Below are positions 18,323 through 28,203 of a stretch of 64,000 bases of DNA, piece after piece. The DNA is from an uncultured Verrucomicrobiota bacterium (GTDB lineage Bacteria; Verrucomicrobiota; Kiritimatiellia; CAIKKV01): the NCBI GenBank assembly GCA_964481675.1, contig CAYZVY010000001.1, positions 14,006 through 78,005 on the forward strand. Direction: 5' to 3'. Below the pieces are notes generated by a model. That model did not search any database. It was not told the origin of the DNA and was given only the letters and a program-made list of their open reading frames with translations. How positions within the stretch are numbered: the first letter of the stretch is position 1; the number at the start of each line of letters is the position of its first letter. Position numbers and translations under genes: made by a program.

Positions 18323-19738
18323 TTACGGCTTCCGCTCGTCGGCCGGCACGGTCACCACGGTCAGGGCGCAGGTGTCCAGGGTTTTGCCCGGGCCCGCCAG
18401 GTTGCGGGTGCCGTGCCAGGTCACGTAAACTTTGTCGCCGCCGGGACTGACCGCGCAGCCGAACGAGCCGCGCGGACGGAACCCCGCCATTTTCTCGCAC
18501 CAGGGTCCCAGAAAAGCGATCACCTTCGGCCGGCGCACCACGGTGTCGTATTGCACCAGTGGGGCCCCGTCGTTTTCAGCCCCGCCATGGGCGCCCGGAA
18601 TGTAGTAGAGGTAGCGGCCGGACGGGTCGGCGTCGATGGAGGTGACATAGGTTTGCGAGGCGATGGCCGCCACGCCGATCTTTTCGGCCTTCTCGGTCTT
18701 GGTGTTGAACCGCCAGATGGACGGACCTTCCTCAGGGTTGGAGATGGTGTAGATGAAGCCGGCGGCGGTTTCCCGGGTCGCGCTGCGCATGCCGGGCACC
18801 CCGTCCTGGGAGGGGTCGCCCCCAAAGGCGGCGCCGGCCTTCACGACGCCCCCGGGCTGGCCCGCCACGATCAAGGGCGCCTTGTCCGGCGTCGCCGGAT
18901 CATAGCGGTACAGGCAGCCGGACTTGTGGCCGATGTAGTAGACCCGGCCCGTGGAACGCGCGAACATGAAATACTTGTAGCAGCCGTCGCCTGCGCTGGA
19001 GAAAAGCCGCTTGCGGGCGTTAAGGTCGTAGGCGAAGAAGCCGATGACGTTGGAGTTGTCGGCCGCCGTGGTGCCGCCGTAGAGGAGCATGCGCTCCGCA
19101 TCCACGACGGTCGCGAAGATCGTCGACAGGCCCGCCGGCCCGCGGGTCACGACTTCAGACTGGCCGTTCGCGGGGTTCGCGCGGAGGATCCAGTCGCCTT
19201 CATAGTGGTTCTTGGGCGTCGTCACCTCCGTGGAGCCGCGCGCGGTGGCGAAATATAACCAGCCATCGCCGCCCATGTCCAGGCGGCCATGGATTTTGCC
19301 CGGGGTGTAATGGTTGGTTGGCAGGTTCAGCAGCCTGTTCACGTCGCAGATCATGCGGAGCGTCTTCGAGGCGTCGTCCCAGGCATAGACCATGCAGCGG
19401 CCGTCCAGCCCCTTGTGGTTGCCGATCGACGAGTAGTAGGCGCCGGTCACGGCCAGGCCGTCGCCCCAGTTGGACCAGAAGTCGGGCTTGTCCTGGCCGG
19501 GATAGAACGCGAATGCGACGGCCGGCGCGGTTTGCGCGACGGCCACGCCGTCGCGCAGCATAACGCCCGGCGGGACAGCCAGCAGGTTCGATCCGCCGCC
19601 GCTGACAACGGGAACGCCGCCCGGCAGGGCAGGGGGGTAGACAAGGCCTTCGCCGGGCTTGGGGGCGGCCAGGGCGAGCGAGGACACGAGCAGGATGGAA
19701 GCCCGGAGAAGAAGCGTGCGGACGGGATGCGATGGCAT
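18323..19738 (-). CDS. Secreted hypothetical protein, probable beta-propeller fold
   Basis: Signal peptide MPSHPVRTLLLRASILLVSSLALAAP. Repeated Gly/aromatic-rich strands (YYIGHKSG, YLYYIPGAHGG). Confidence 0.5.
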   Translation of the reverse strand: MPSHPVRTLLLRASILLVSSLALAAPKPGEGLVYPPALPGGVPVVSGGGSNLLAVPPGVMLRDGVAVAQTAPAVAFAFYPGQDKPDFWSNWGDGLAVTGAYYSSIGNHKGLDGRCMVYAWDDASKTLRMICDVNRLLNLPTNHYTPGKIHGRLDMGGDGWLYFATARGSTEVTTPKNHYEGDWILRANPANGQSEVVTRGPAGLSTIFATVVDAERMLLYGGTTAADNSNVIGFFAYDLNARKRLFSSAGDGCYKYFMFARSTGRVYYIGHKSGCLYRYDPATPDKAPLIVAGQPGGVVKAGAAFGGDPSQDGVPGMRSATRETAAGFIYTISNPEEGPSIWRFNTKTEKAEKIGVAAIASQTYVTSIDADPSGRYLYYIPGAHGGAENDGAPLVQYDTVVRRPKVIAFLGPWCEKMAGFRPRGSFGCAVSPGGDKVYVTWHGTRNLAGPGKTLDTCALTVVTVPADERKP

Positions 19739-19973
19739 GGAATGATTTAAAACCCTTGGCCGCCAGGCTGCAACCTCATTCTGCCATCTTTATGAAAAAG
19801 ATGGCGTATGCGGAATAAAAAACGCCTGGTGTAGCTTCGCTTGCAAAGCCCGCCGAGTGGAGGCGCCGGACTTGCGGGCGCCGCAAGCAGCGCCCCTACA
19901 CATGGCATGGTCGGGCAGAGTCCAATATGAAGGTTTGATTCGCCTGCGCCATCCCGATATAGTGATAAACCTT

Positions 19974-20846
19974 ATGAATCTCACCGGTCTCCAATCCCAG
20001 GACTACGAATACCTCGATGCGGGTCACGGCGCCCGGCTCGAGCGGTTCGGGTCCGCCATCCTGAACCGCCCGTCGCCCCAGGCCATCTGGGAGCCCGAGC
20101 GCCCGGAGGAGTGGACGAAGGCGGCCGGCGTCTATGTCCGCTCCAGCTCGGGCGGGGGGGAGTGGGATTTCAAGACGCGCCTGCCCGACACCTGGCCTGT
20201 CGCCTACGGGCCCTGCACGTTCACGGTCAAGCCGACCGGCTTCGGGCATGTGGGTCTCTTTCCCGAGCATTCCTGCCACTGGGAGTGGGTCCGGGCGCAG
20301 ATCCGCGCGGCGGGCGAGTCGTGCCGGATCCTGCACCTGTTCGCCTATACGGGGGCCATGAGCCTGGTGGCGGCCGAAGCGGGCGCCCAGGTCTGCCACG
20401 TCGACGCGGTGGAGGACATCAACCACTGGGCGAGGCGCAACGCGGAGTCGAGCGGGCTGGCGGATCGGCCGATCCGCTGGATTACGGACGACGCGCTCAA
20501 ATTCGCGGCCCGCGAGGTGCGGCGCAAGCGGACCTACGAAGGGGTGATCCTGGACCCGCCCACCTACGGCAAGGGGCCCGGCGGCGAGCGCTGGTTCCTG
20601 GAGGAGCAGATCGGGCTCCTGCTGGAGCAGCTCAAGGCGCTGATGGCGGAGCGGCCGCGGTTCATCCTCTTCACCTGCCACACCCCCGGCTTCACCACCC
20701 CGCTGCTGGAGAACCTGCTGCGGGGCTGGCCGGACTCGTTCGGGGGCCGCCTGGAAAGCGGCCACATGACGCTGGCCAACCCGGCTTGCAAATGCGTGCT
20801 GCCGGTGGGCGTCTTCGCCCGGTGGCAATCGGAAAAAGGAACATGA
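19974..20846 (+). CDS. Class I SAM-dependent methyltransferase, RlmI-like without PUA domain
   Basis: ILHLFAYTGAMSLVAAEAGA (motif I) and VILDPPTYGKG (motif IV, DPP-Y) mirror the catalytic half of the adjacent RlmI. Start could also be 19902. Confidence 0.6.
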   Translation: MNLTGLQSQDYEYLDAGHGARLERFGSAILNRPSPQAIWEPERPEEWTKAAGVYVRSSSGGGEWDFKTRLPDTWPVAYGPCTFTVKPTGFGHVGLFPEHSCHWEWVRAQIRAAGESCRILHLFAYTGAMSLVAAEAGAQVCHVDAVEDINHWARRNAESSGLADRPIRWITDDALKFAAREVRRKRTYEGVILDPPTYGKGPGGERWFLEEQIGLLLEQLKALMAERPRFILFTCHTPGFTTPLLENLLRGWPDSFGGRLESGHMTLANPACKCVLPVGVFARWQSEKGT

Positions 20847-20847
20847 C

Positions 20848-22047
20848 ATGTCGCGACAACTGATTTTGAAGCACGGCCGTGACGTGCCGGTTCTGCGGGG
20901 CCATCCCTGGGTGTTTTCGGGCGCCATCGCCCGCGAGGAGGGGAATCCCAAGGCCGACGAGGCCGACGTCCTGAGCAACCGGGGCGTCTACCTGGGCCGG
21001 GCGACGGTCCAGGAGACGTCCGACATCCGCGCGCGCGTGTTCGACACGAACCCCGAGGCCCGGCTGGACGAGGCGGGGTTGCTGGCCCGCATCCGGACGG
21101 CGCGGGAGCGGCGGGAGGCCTGGCTGGGCCCGCAGGAGGAGCCCGCGGGCATGCGCGTGGTGTTTTCCGAAAGCGACAGCCTGCCGGGTCTGATCGTGGA
21201 CCGTTACGGGAACACGCTGGTGGTGCAGTTCCTGACGAAGCCGATGGCGAAACGGCGCGACGCGGTGCTGGCCGCGCTGGCGGCGGTGTGGAAGCCGGTC
21301 ACGGTCTGGGAGCGCTCCGACGCCGACGCGCTGAAGCACGAGGGGCTGGAGAACAAGACGGGGCTGGTCAGCGGGCCGGCGCCCGAGGGGCCCGTGGAGT
21401 TCCGGGAAAACGGGATGCGGTTTTTGTCCGACCTGGAGCACGGCCACAAGACCGGGTTCTATCTGGACCAGCGCGCGGGGCGGGCGTCCCTGGCCGCGTG
21501 GGTCAAACGCAGCGGGGCGAAGTCCGTGCTGGACGTATTCGCCTACACGGGCGGGTTCGGGCTCAGCGCCCGGATGGCCGGGGCCGAGCGGGTGGTGGCG
21601 GTGGATTCGTCCGCCCGCGCCAGGGAGATGGCCCTGCGGCATTACGAATTGAACGGGTTCGCGAAAGGCGACGGCTTCGACTACCGCGAGGCGGACGCGT
21701 TCGAGACGCTGCGCGCGCTGAAGCAGGCCGGGGAGTCCTTTGATGTCATCGTGGTGGATCCGCCGCGGCTGACGCCGTCGCGGGCGCATTTGCAGCGGTC
21801 GCTGCGGGCTTACAAGGACGCCAACCTGAACGCCATCAAGCTGCTCAAGCCGGGCGGGTTGCTGTTCACTTTCTGCTGCAGCGGGCTGGTGGACCGCGAT
21901 TTGTATGGCAAGGTTCTCGAAGGCGCGGCGCGCGATGCCGAACGGCCGATGGCCGTTCTCGAGCACCTGTTCCAGTCGCCGGATCATCCGGGCAAGCCGG
22001 GCTTCGCGGAATCCGAGTATTTGAAGGGCTTCGTGATGGGGGCGTGA
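20848..22047 (+). CDS. rlmI: 23S rRNA m5C1962 methyltransferase RlmI (PUA + SAM MTase)
   Basis: N-terminal PUA-like block LILKHGRDVPVLRGHPWVFSGAI. MTase motifs VLDVFAYTGGFGLSA and VIVVDPPRL. 399 aa. Confidence 0.75.
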   Translation: MSRQLILKHGRDVPVLRGHPWVFSGAIAREEGNPKADEADVLSNRGVYLGRATVQETSDIRARVFDTNPEARLDEAGLLARIRTARERREAWLGPQEEPAGMRVVFSESDSLPGLIVDRYGNTLVVQFLTKPMAKRRDAVLAALAAVWKPVTVWERSDADALKHEGLENKTGLVSGPAPEGPVEFRENGMRFLSDLEHGHKTGFYLDQRAGRASLAAWVKRSGAKSVLDVFAYTGGFGLSARMAGAERVVAVDSSARAREMALRHYELNGFAKGDGFDYREADAFETLRALKQAGESFDVIVVDPPRLTPSRAHLQRSLRAYKDANLNAIKLLKPGGLLFTFCCSGLVDRDLYGKVLEGAARDAERPMAVLEHLFQSPDHPGKPGFAESEYLKGFVMGA

Positions 22048-24983
22048 GCGGAGGGCAGCGGATGATAGCCTTGTTTGTGGATGCGCGGGGGAGTGAGACG
22101 GGGACGGGAGCAAGCGAAAATCCTTTCGGTACGCTTCAGCAGGCGCGCGACGCCTTGCGCCAGCGGCGGCGGGAAGGCCCACTTGGACCTGTCACGGTCT
22201 GGCTGCGGGGCGGCACGCATGCCTTTTCGGAGTCCTTCGTCCTGACGGCCGAAGATTCCGGGACCCCGGAGGCACCCGTCATGTACCGGGCATGGCCGGG
22301 AGAGGAGGTCCGCCTCTCCGGCGGGCTTCCTCTTGACTCCGCCGCCTTCCGCCCCGTGGCCGATCCGGAGCTGGCGAAACGGCTGGCCCCCGGGGTCGCC
22401 GAACGGCTCGTGCAAATCTACCTGGTGGCCGCGGGACTTCGGGACACCGGCGGCCTGGAGCCCCGGGGTTTCGCCTTTCCCGAACGGCCCGGGGACATGG
22501 ATCTCTATGACCGGAACACCCGCCTCCCCATCGCCCGCTGGCCGCGCGAGGGCTATGCCTTGACGGGGCCGGTGGCCGAGGGCGGCTCGAAGGTGAGGGA
22601 TCCGGCCACTGGCGTCATGGGGCTCGTGAATCCGGATGAAAAGCCGCGAGGAGCTACGTTTGCCGGCGACCCGTCGGCGATCCGGCGCTGGTCGCGGCCG
22701 CGCGATCTGCTGTGCTTCGGGCTGTGGGCCTATGACTGGGCGCCCTCGACCATTCCGGCCCGGTCGCTCGATTCGGCCCGCGGCCTGATCGCCCTCTCCG
22801 CGCCCGGTTATGGCGGCCTGCTGGAAGGCCGGCGTTATTGCGTGCTGAACGCCGTGGAGGAGATCGCCCGGCCGGGCGAGTGGGCCGTGGATCGGTCCGC
22901 CGGCCTCCTGTACCTCTTTCCGCCCGAGCCGGCGGCTGCCTGCCGGCTGACGGTCTCGGCGCTGGCCGACCCGCTCGTCGTCATCCGGCAGGCCACCCAT
23001 GTCGTCCTGCAGGATTTGGTGTTCGAATGCTCCCGCGGCCACGGCGTGGCTATTGAAGGGGACGACGTCCTGGTGGCGGGCTGCACCTTCCGCAATCTGG
23101 GCGGCCGCGGCGTCAACGTGGAAGGCAGCCGCAACCGGGTGCAGGCCTGCCACATCCACGGGACCGGGCAGGGTGGCATCCGGGTTTCCGGCGGAGATCG
23201 CCGGACCCTGCAGCCGTCGGGAAACGTCATCGAGAACAATGAGATTCACGACTTCAACCGCGTCTGCATGACGTATAACTCGGCGGTCTGGCCGGTGGGC
23301 TGTGGCCACCGCATCGCGCACAACCTGATCTACGACGCTCCGCACAACGCGGTGCTGCTTCACGGCAACGACCATGTTTTCGAGTACAATGAGGTCCACC
23401 ATGTGGCGCTGGAGATCGACGACGCCTCCGCGTTTTACATGGGCCGCAACCCGAGCGAGCAGGGCAACGTCGTCCGGCACAATTACTTTCATCACATCGG
23501 CGCGCCGACCGCCTGGGGCACGAGCGCGATCTACACCGACGACGGATCCTGCGGGCTCACGGTCAGCGGCAACGTTTTCTACCGCTGCGGGCACGCCGGG
23601 CAGGTCTGCATGGGCGCCTTCTTCAACAACGGCGGCAAGGACCATGTGATCGAGAACAACATCTTCGTCGATTGCCGCATCGCGATCGGCCTGATGCTCA
23701 CGACGCAGTCGCAGTGGGAGAGCTTTATCGCCGACGCCGATCCGGACGCCAAAAACATCGCCGGGGCGCTCTACAAGACGGTCGATATCCGGTCGGAGGT
23801 TTACCGGCGGCGGTATCCCTGGTTGGCGGACCTGCCCCGGAACGCCAGCAGCAGCACCATGCGGCGCAACCTGGCCGTGCGCTGCGGGGTCCTGGTGACG
23901 CCCGAGGAACGCCAGCGGGTGGAGAACAACTGGGCAACGGAGTCGGATCCCGGATTTACCGACCTGGCTCGCCTGGATTTCTCCCTTCTTCCCGGCGGGG
24001 AGACGTTCCGCCGGATACCCGGCTTCGAGCCGGTTCCGTTTGCCGAGATGGGGTTGAGGCTCGATGAATACCGCAAGCGGTTGCCGGAGCGGGGCGGGGT
24101 GGAGTGCCGGCCGGAGATGACGGCGCAGCCGGCCGTCCAGCGGCCGGGCGAGCGGGTCCCTGCGATCCTGACGCTCCATCTCGCCAATCTGTCGGCCAAG
24201 CCCGCTTCCCGGGACATTGAATTCTGGACGACTCATCCGGAGACGGTGCGGGCGGAACAGCCCCAGCGCACAGTTCTCCTGGGGCCCCGCGAGGTCCGGC
24301 GGGAGGATGTGGCGCTCGAGGTGACGGCCCGGCCGGATCTCAATCCCGCGGTCGGCGCCCGCCTTTCGGGTTCGGCCTTTTCCCTTCCTGTGCCCGTGCG
24401 GCCCCGCTACCGGCTGACGTGCGGCTCGCGGGCGTCCGTTCCCGGCCTGGCGTCCGTTTCCTCGGAGTTGAAACAGGCGCCCTCGTTTGACTTCCTGCAG
24501 GGCGGAGTGAAAGCGGGAGAGCTCCGGCTGCAGGCGGCCGGCGACTGCCTGGTGGTGCACGCCTCCTTGCGCGATGCGCGGCCGGTGCCGGCCGCGCCGG
24601 TGGAAGGATTCTGGAACGGGCCCTATTTTGGGCTGCTCGTGGCGCCCCTGGAGGCGGAGAGCGCGGCCGATGTGCGGCAGCCCCTGTTTTTTGTCCATGG
24701 CCCCGGGGACACCGGAACGCTCTGGTTCTTCGATGGCTATCGCCAGATCGATCCCGATCCCGCGATCCGCAGGATCTTTAAAGCGGTTCCGGGCGGGTGG
24801 GAGCTGGCGGCCATTGTCCCCTTTTCCGTACTCGGCTTGAAATCCGGAAGCCGGGCGTTCCGGCTGGAAGCGATGGCCAACCTGGTGCTGGCGCCGGGGC
24901 AGGGCCCGAAAGGGGTCACGCTGTTCGGCAGCAAGACGGCGCGGCTGGAGCTGGCCACGCTGGCCGAGGTCGCGATACTTTAA
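22044..24983 (+). CDS. Right-handed parallel beta-helix repeat protein (polysaccharide lyase/hydrolase-like)
   Basis: Repeated NxxxxN/H ladder-containing coils (NVIENNEIHDFNR, IAHNLIYDAPHNAVLLHGNDHVFEYNEVHH, VVRHNYFHHIG). 979 aa. ATGA overlap with rlmI. Confidence 0.6.
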   Translation: MSGGQRMIALFVDARGSETGTGASENPFGTLQQARDALRQRRREGPLGPVTVWLRGGTHAFSESFVLTAEDSGTPEAPVMYRAWPGEEVRLSGGLPLDSAAFRPVADPELAKRLAPGVAERLVQIYLVAAGLRDTGGLEPRGFAFPERPGDMDLYDRNTRLPIARWPREGYALTGPVAEGGSKVRDPATGVMGLVNPDEKPRGATFAGDPSAIRRWSRPRDLLCFGLWAYDWAPSTIPARSLDSARGLIALSAPGYGGLLEGRRYCVLNAVEEIARPGEWAVDRSAGLLYLFPPEPAAACRLTVSALADPLVVIRQATHVVLQDLVFECSRGHGVAIEGDDVLVAGCTFRNLGGRGVNVEGSRNRVQACHIHGTGQGGIRVSGGDRRTLQPSGNVIENNEIHDFNRVCMTYNSAVWPVGCGHRIAHNLIYDAPHNAVLLHGNDHVFEYNEVHHVALEIDDASAFYMGRNPSEQGNVVRHNYFHHIGAPTAWGTSAIYTDDGSCGLTVSGNVFYRCGHAGQVCMGAFFNNGGKDHVIENNIFVDCRIAIGLMLTTQSQWESFIADADPDAKNIAGALYKTVDIRSEVYRRRYPWLADLPRNASSSTMRRNLAVRCGVLVTPEERQRVENNWATESDPGFTDLARLDFSLLPGGETFRRIPGFEPVPFAEMGLRLDEYRKRLPERGGVECRPEMTAQPAVQRPGERVPAILTLHLANLSAKPASRDIEFWTTHPETVRAEQPQRTVLLGPREVRREDVALEVTARPDLNPAVGARLSGSAFSLPVPVRPRYRLTCGSRASVPGLASVSSELKQAPSFDFLQGGVKAGELRLQAAGDCLVVHASLRDARPVPAAPVEGFWNGPYFGLLVAPLEAESAADVRQPLFFVHGPGDTGTLWFFDGYRQIDPDPAIRRIFKAVPGGWELAAIVPFSVLGLKSGSRAFRLEAMANLVLAPGQGPKGVTLFGSKTARLELATLAEVAIL

Positions 24984-24995
24984 AAGGAGAGCGTC

Positions 24996-26675
24996 ATGAA
25001 GGCTGGAGCCATGGATGCCCTGGACATTCTGCTTCCCGAGTCGCGCCTGGACCGGGACTGGTTCAACGCCGTCGAGCTGGATGTGCGCGTGACGGAGGAG
25101 GCGGGCGGCGCGGCCTGGCGGATTCCCGCCTTCTGGGCCGGCGGGAAGAGCTTCCGGTTCCGGTTCGCCCCGCCCCGCGCCGGGTTTTATAGCTGGGAAA
25201 CCGTCGTCGCGTCAGGCGATGCGCCCGATCTGCAGGGGCTGAAAGGGCGGTTTGAGGCGGCCGGCCGGCCCAGCGACATCCCCCTGGTCCGGCATGGACG
25301 CTTGAGTGCGTCGCGGGACGGGCGGTCGCTCACGCATGCCGACGGCACGCCGTTCTTCTGGCTGGCCGATACCTGGTGGATGGCCTTCACGAAGCGGCTG
25401 GCCTGGCCGGGTGAATTTGCGCGGCTGACGGAAGACCGCGTGCGAAAGGGCTTCAGCGTGATCCAGGTGGTGGCAGGTCCGCTTCCGGATTATCACGCCC
25501 CGGAGCAGGCGTTCGATCCCGGACAGGAAAGCGATGCCGGCTGGCCCTGGGAGAAAAACTGGGAGCGCATCAATCCCGCTTATTATGACCGGGCCGATCT
25601 CGGCCTGCGCCATTTGATCGAAAAGGGGCTGATGCCGTGCATCGTGGGGATGTGGGGCTATTGGGGTTTGACGATGGGCGAGGAGCGGGCCCGGCGTCAC
25701 TGGCGGTACCTGATCGCCCGCTATGCCGCCTGGCCCGTGACCTGGTGCGCGGCGGGCGAGGCAACCATGCCGGCCTACCACACGGGCTTTGCCGGCGATG
25801 CGGCCGCCTATGCGAAGGAATCGGCGGAGTTGAAGGCCTTCTGGTCCCGCCTGACCTGCTACGTCCGGGAAACCGATCCTTTCCGCAATCTCATCACGCT
25901 GCATCCCAGCGCTCCGGGCGGATCGCGGAAGGATCTGGTGGCGGAGGCGGCGGTCGATACGGAAATGGTCCAGACCACGCATATGGGTTTTTCCGGGTTG
26001 CACCGGCATTTGGAGGTGCTGGACGGCTCGCTGAAAATGGAGCCGCGGCTTCCCGTTTTTGTGGCCGAGGCCAATTACGAAGGCATCATGGGGTCAAGCT
26101 GGCAGGACATGCAACGGTTCCTGTTCTGGACCGCCATGACAATGGGATGTTGTGGTCATACGTATGGCGCTCAGGGGATCTGGGGGCTGAATTCACGGAC
26201 GAATCCCCATCGGGGTTGCACGGGGGATTGGGGTCGAGGTTTCTGGGAAGATGCCATGCAGTATGCCGGCTCGACGCAGGTCGGGATCGGCGCGCGGTTC
26301 CTGTCAGGCTATCCTTGGTGGCGCTGCCGCCCGCTCAGAGAGCCCGCGGCGGAAGCCTTGAGCCGGCCATGGACATTCGGCATGGGAATTCCCGGTGAAC
26401 TGGCGATCTATTATCTTCCTGCCAACACCCACGATCCGCGCCACCTGGGGATGGTCGATCAAGGCTGGATGGGCAATTGCATGCCGGTGCGCATTCCGGA
26501 AGGCAGCCGCTACACGGCTTTCTTTTTCGACCCCATCGAGGGCGGCCGCCGGCCGATCGGCCCGGTCGTGCCGGATGCGAACGGGAACTGGACACCGCCG
26601 CGCAAGCCATCGTCCGAGGATTGGGTGCTGGTGCTGGAGACTACGCCATGCCGGAGAAAAGGCGATTGTTCCTGA
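24996..26675 (+). CDS. GH140-like glycoside hydrolase (DUF5060-DUF4038 architecture)
   Basis: TPFFWLADTWW block characteristic of DUF4038/GH140 TIM barrels. N-terminal beta-sandwich and C-terminal beta domain. AAGGAG RBS before the ATG. Confidence 0.6.
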   Translation: MKAGAMDALDILLPESRLDRDWFNAVELDVRVTEEAGGAAWRIPAFWAGGKSFRFRFAPPRAGFYSWETVVASGDAPDLQGLKGRFEAAGRPSDIPLVRHGRLSASRDGRSLTHADGTPFFWLADTWWMAFTKRLAWPGEFARLTEDRVRKGFSVIQVVAGPLPDYHAPEQAFDPGQESDAGWPWEKNWERINPAYYDRADLGLRHLIEKGLMPCIVGMWGYWGLTMGEERARRHWRYLIARYAAWPVTWCAAGEATMPAYHTGFAGDAAAYAKESAELKAFWSRLTCYVRETDPFRNLITLHPSAPGGSRKDLVAEAAVDTEMVQTTHMGFSGLHRHLEVLDGSLKMEPRLPVFVAEANYEGIMGSSWQDMQRFLFWTAMTMGCCGHTYGAQGIWGLNSRTNPHRGCTGDWGRGFWEDAMQYAGSTQVGIGARFLSGYPWWRCRPLREPAAEALSRPWTFGMGIPGELAIYYLPANTHDPRHLGMVDQGWMGNCMPVRIPEGSRYTAFFFDPIEGGRRPIGPVVPDANGNWTPPRKPSSEDWVLVLETTPCRRKGDCS

Positions 26676-26691
26676 TCGGAGAACCGGCATG

Positions 26692-26765
26692 GCGGACTCG
26701 CGGGAGCTCGTCCCTCCGGACGAACGGCGCAAGCAATCCGGAGGGACGAGCTCCTGCGAGTCCGC
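26692..26765. terminator. Long hairpin (about 29-bp stem, one G-T mismatch) between convergent genes
   Basis: GCGGACTCGCgGGAGCTCGTCCCTCCGGA ... TCCGGAGGGACGAGCTCCtGCGAGTCCGC. Inner 18 bp are a perfect inverted repeat. Candidate bidirectional terminator. Confidence 0.4.
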
Positions 26766-26807
26766 GTTCGCATTTCCATTCCATCCGGGCGCCGCGCCCA
26801 GCGGCAG

Positions 26808-26846
26808 GACTGAACCCTGAACCCCGAACCCTGTTCCCTTTACGGT
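26808..26846. repeat. Short tandem CCCTGAA-type repeat (copy 3)
   Basis: GACTGAACCCTGAACCCCGAACCCTGTTCCC. Confidence 0.45.
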
Positions 26847-28201
26847 AAATAAGCGCCGTGCTGCCGCAGCGATTGCCGGAGCGCTTCGGTGTTCACGGCA
26901 TGGACGTCCCTGTCGCCCTTGGCCGCCAGGGCGGCGGCGGTTCCGGCCGCCTCGCCGGTGGTCAGGCAGCAGGCCATGATGCGGACGCTGCCGTTGGCCT
27001 GCCGGTCGCAGGAGATGCAGCGGCCCGCCACCAGCAAGTTCTTCAGGCCTTTCGGCGTGAGGCAGCGGTAGGGGACGCCGAAGCTTTCGCCGCGGCCGAG
27101 GCTGCGGGAGGCCTTCGCGTTCCAGGCCTTCAGCTCCTCGATGCTCTTCCGGCAGAGTACCTGGTTTTCCTCGCGGGACCGATGAACATCGATGCCGTAC
27201 GAATTCCGGGCGATCTCGTCGGGGAAGCTGCGGCGGGCCATGTAATCGTCCACGGTCAGGACGTAATCCCCCGTGATGCGGCGGGTTTCGCGGACGCCCA
27301 GCAGGCTGCCGGTGGCCGTGAGGACCGCGTCCTTGAAGGCGGGGTGGAACTCGGCAAAGGCATTGCGGTACTGCGCCGCCATCTGCCGCCCCTGGAGCAG
27401 CGCCGCGGTGGTGCTGGCGGGGTCGGTGTTGTCCACGCCAAAGACATGGCCCGTGTTGAAGCCGAACGTCCGCGGGCCCAGCTTCATGTTGCAGGAGTGA
27501 AGCTCGTCGATGAGGGGATACTTGTCGGAGCGCATGGCCTTCCAGACCGGGCTTTCCGGATCGTAGAAATGGATCCGGGGCCCCTTCGCCAGTGACTCCT
27601 CGTCGATGTTGGAGATCATGAAGCAGTGCGTGGCCGGCTGGAGACCGCCGGATTTGTCCCCTTTTTCGAACTCCGCCCCGGCCCAGGCGGCCAGGTCGCC
27701 GTCGCCCGTGCAGTCGACATACACCTTGGCGCGGAATGCCCGGAGCCCGGCCTTGCCGGCGACCACAAGGGCGTCGGGCCCGGCGTCGCCCCGTTCCACG
27801 GAGCATAGGAAACTGTTGAAAAGGACGGAGGCGCCGGCGCCGGTGACCATGTCGTCGTAGATGCGCTTGAGGGCTTCCGGGTCGATGGGGGGCGTGGCCA
27901 GCGGGTTCTGGTCCACGGCTTGCTTGAAGTGCGGCATGGCGTCGGCCAGCGCCAGGCGGACGCGTTCGGCGAGGCCGCGGGTGATGTTTTTCTCGCCGTC
28001 GCTGTAGCCGCAGAACCAGGGGACCAGGCCGGCGGTGCCCATGCCGCCGAGCATGCCGGTGGCCTCGAGCAGGAGGGTTTTCGCGCCGGCGCGGGCGGCG
28101 GCGGTGGCTGCGGCGCAGCCGGCGGGGCCGCCTCCCGCGACAATGACATCCCACGCGTCGTCCAGGGGAAGGGCGCGGGCTTTCAGTTGAAAGGTGTTCA
28201 T
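26840..28201 (-). CDS. FAD-dependent oxidoreductase (PF12831-like, glycan-locus associated)
   Basis: Rossmann dinucleotide motif DVIVAGGGPAGCAAATAAARAGAKTLLLE. 453 aa. Confidence 0.7.
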   Translation of the reverse strand: MNTFQLKARALPLDDAWDVIVAGGGPAGCAAATAAARAGAKTLLLEATGMLGGMGTAGLVPWFCGYSDGEKNITRGLAERVRLALADAMPHFKQAVDQNPLATPPIDPEALKRIYDDMVTGAGASVLFNSFLCSVERGDAGPDALVVAGKAGLRAFRAKVYVDCTGDGDLAAWAGAEFEKGDKSGGLQPATHCFMISNIDEESLAKGPRIHFYDPESPVWKAMRSDKYPLIDELHSCNMKLGPRTFGFNTGHVFGVDNTDPASTTAALLQGRQMAAQYRNAFAEFHPAFKDAVLTATGSLLGVRETRRITGDYVLTVDDYMARRSFPDEIARNSYGIDVHRSREENQVLCRKSIEELKAWNAKASRSLGRGESFGVPYRCLTPKGLKNLLVAGRCISCDRQANGSVRIMACCLTTGEAAGTAAALAAKGDRDVHAVNTEALRQSLRQHGAYLP

Positions 28202-28203
28202 GG

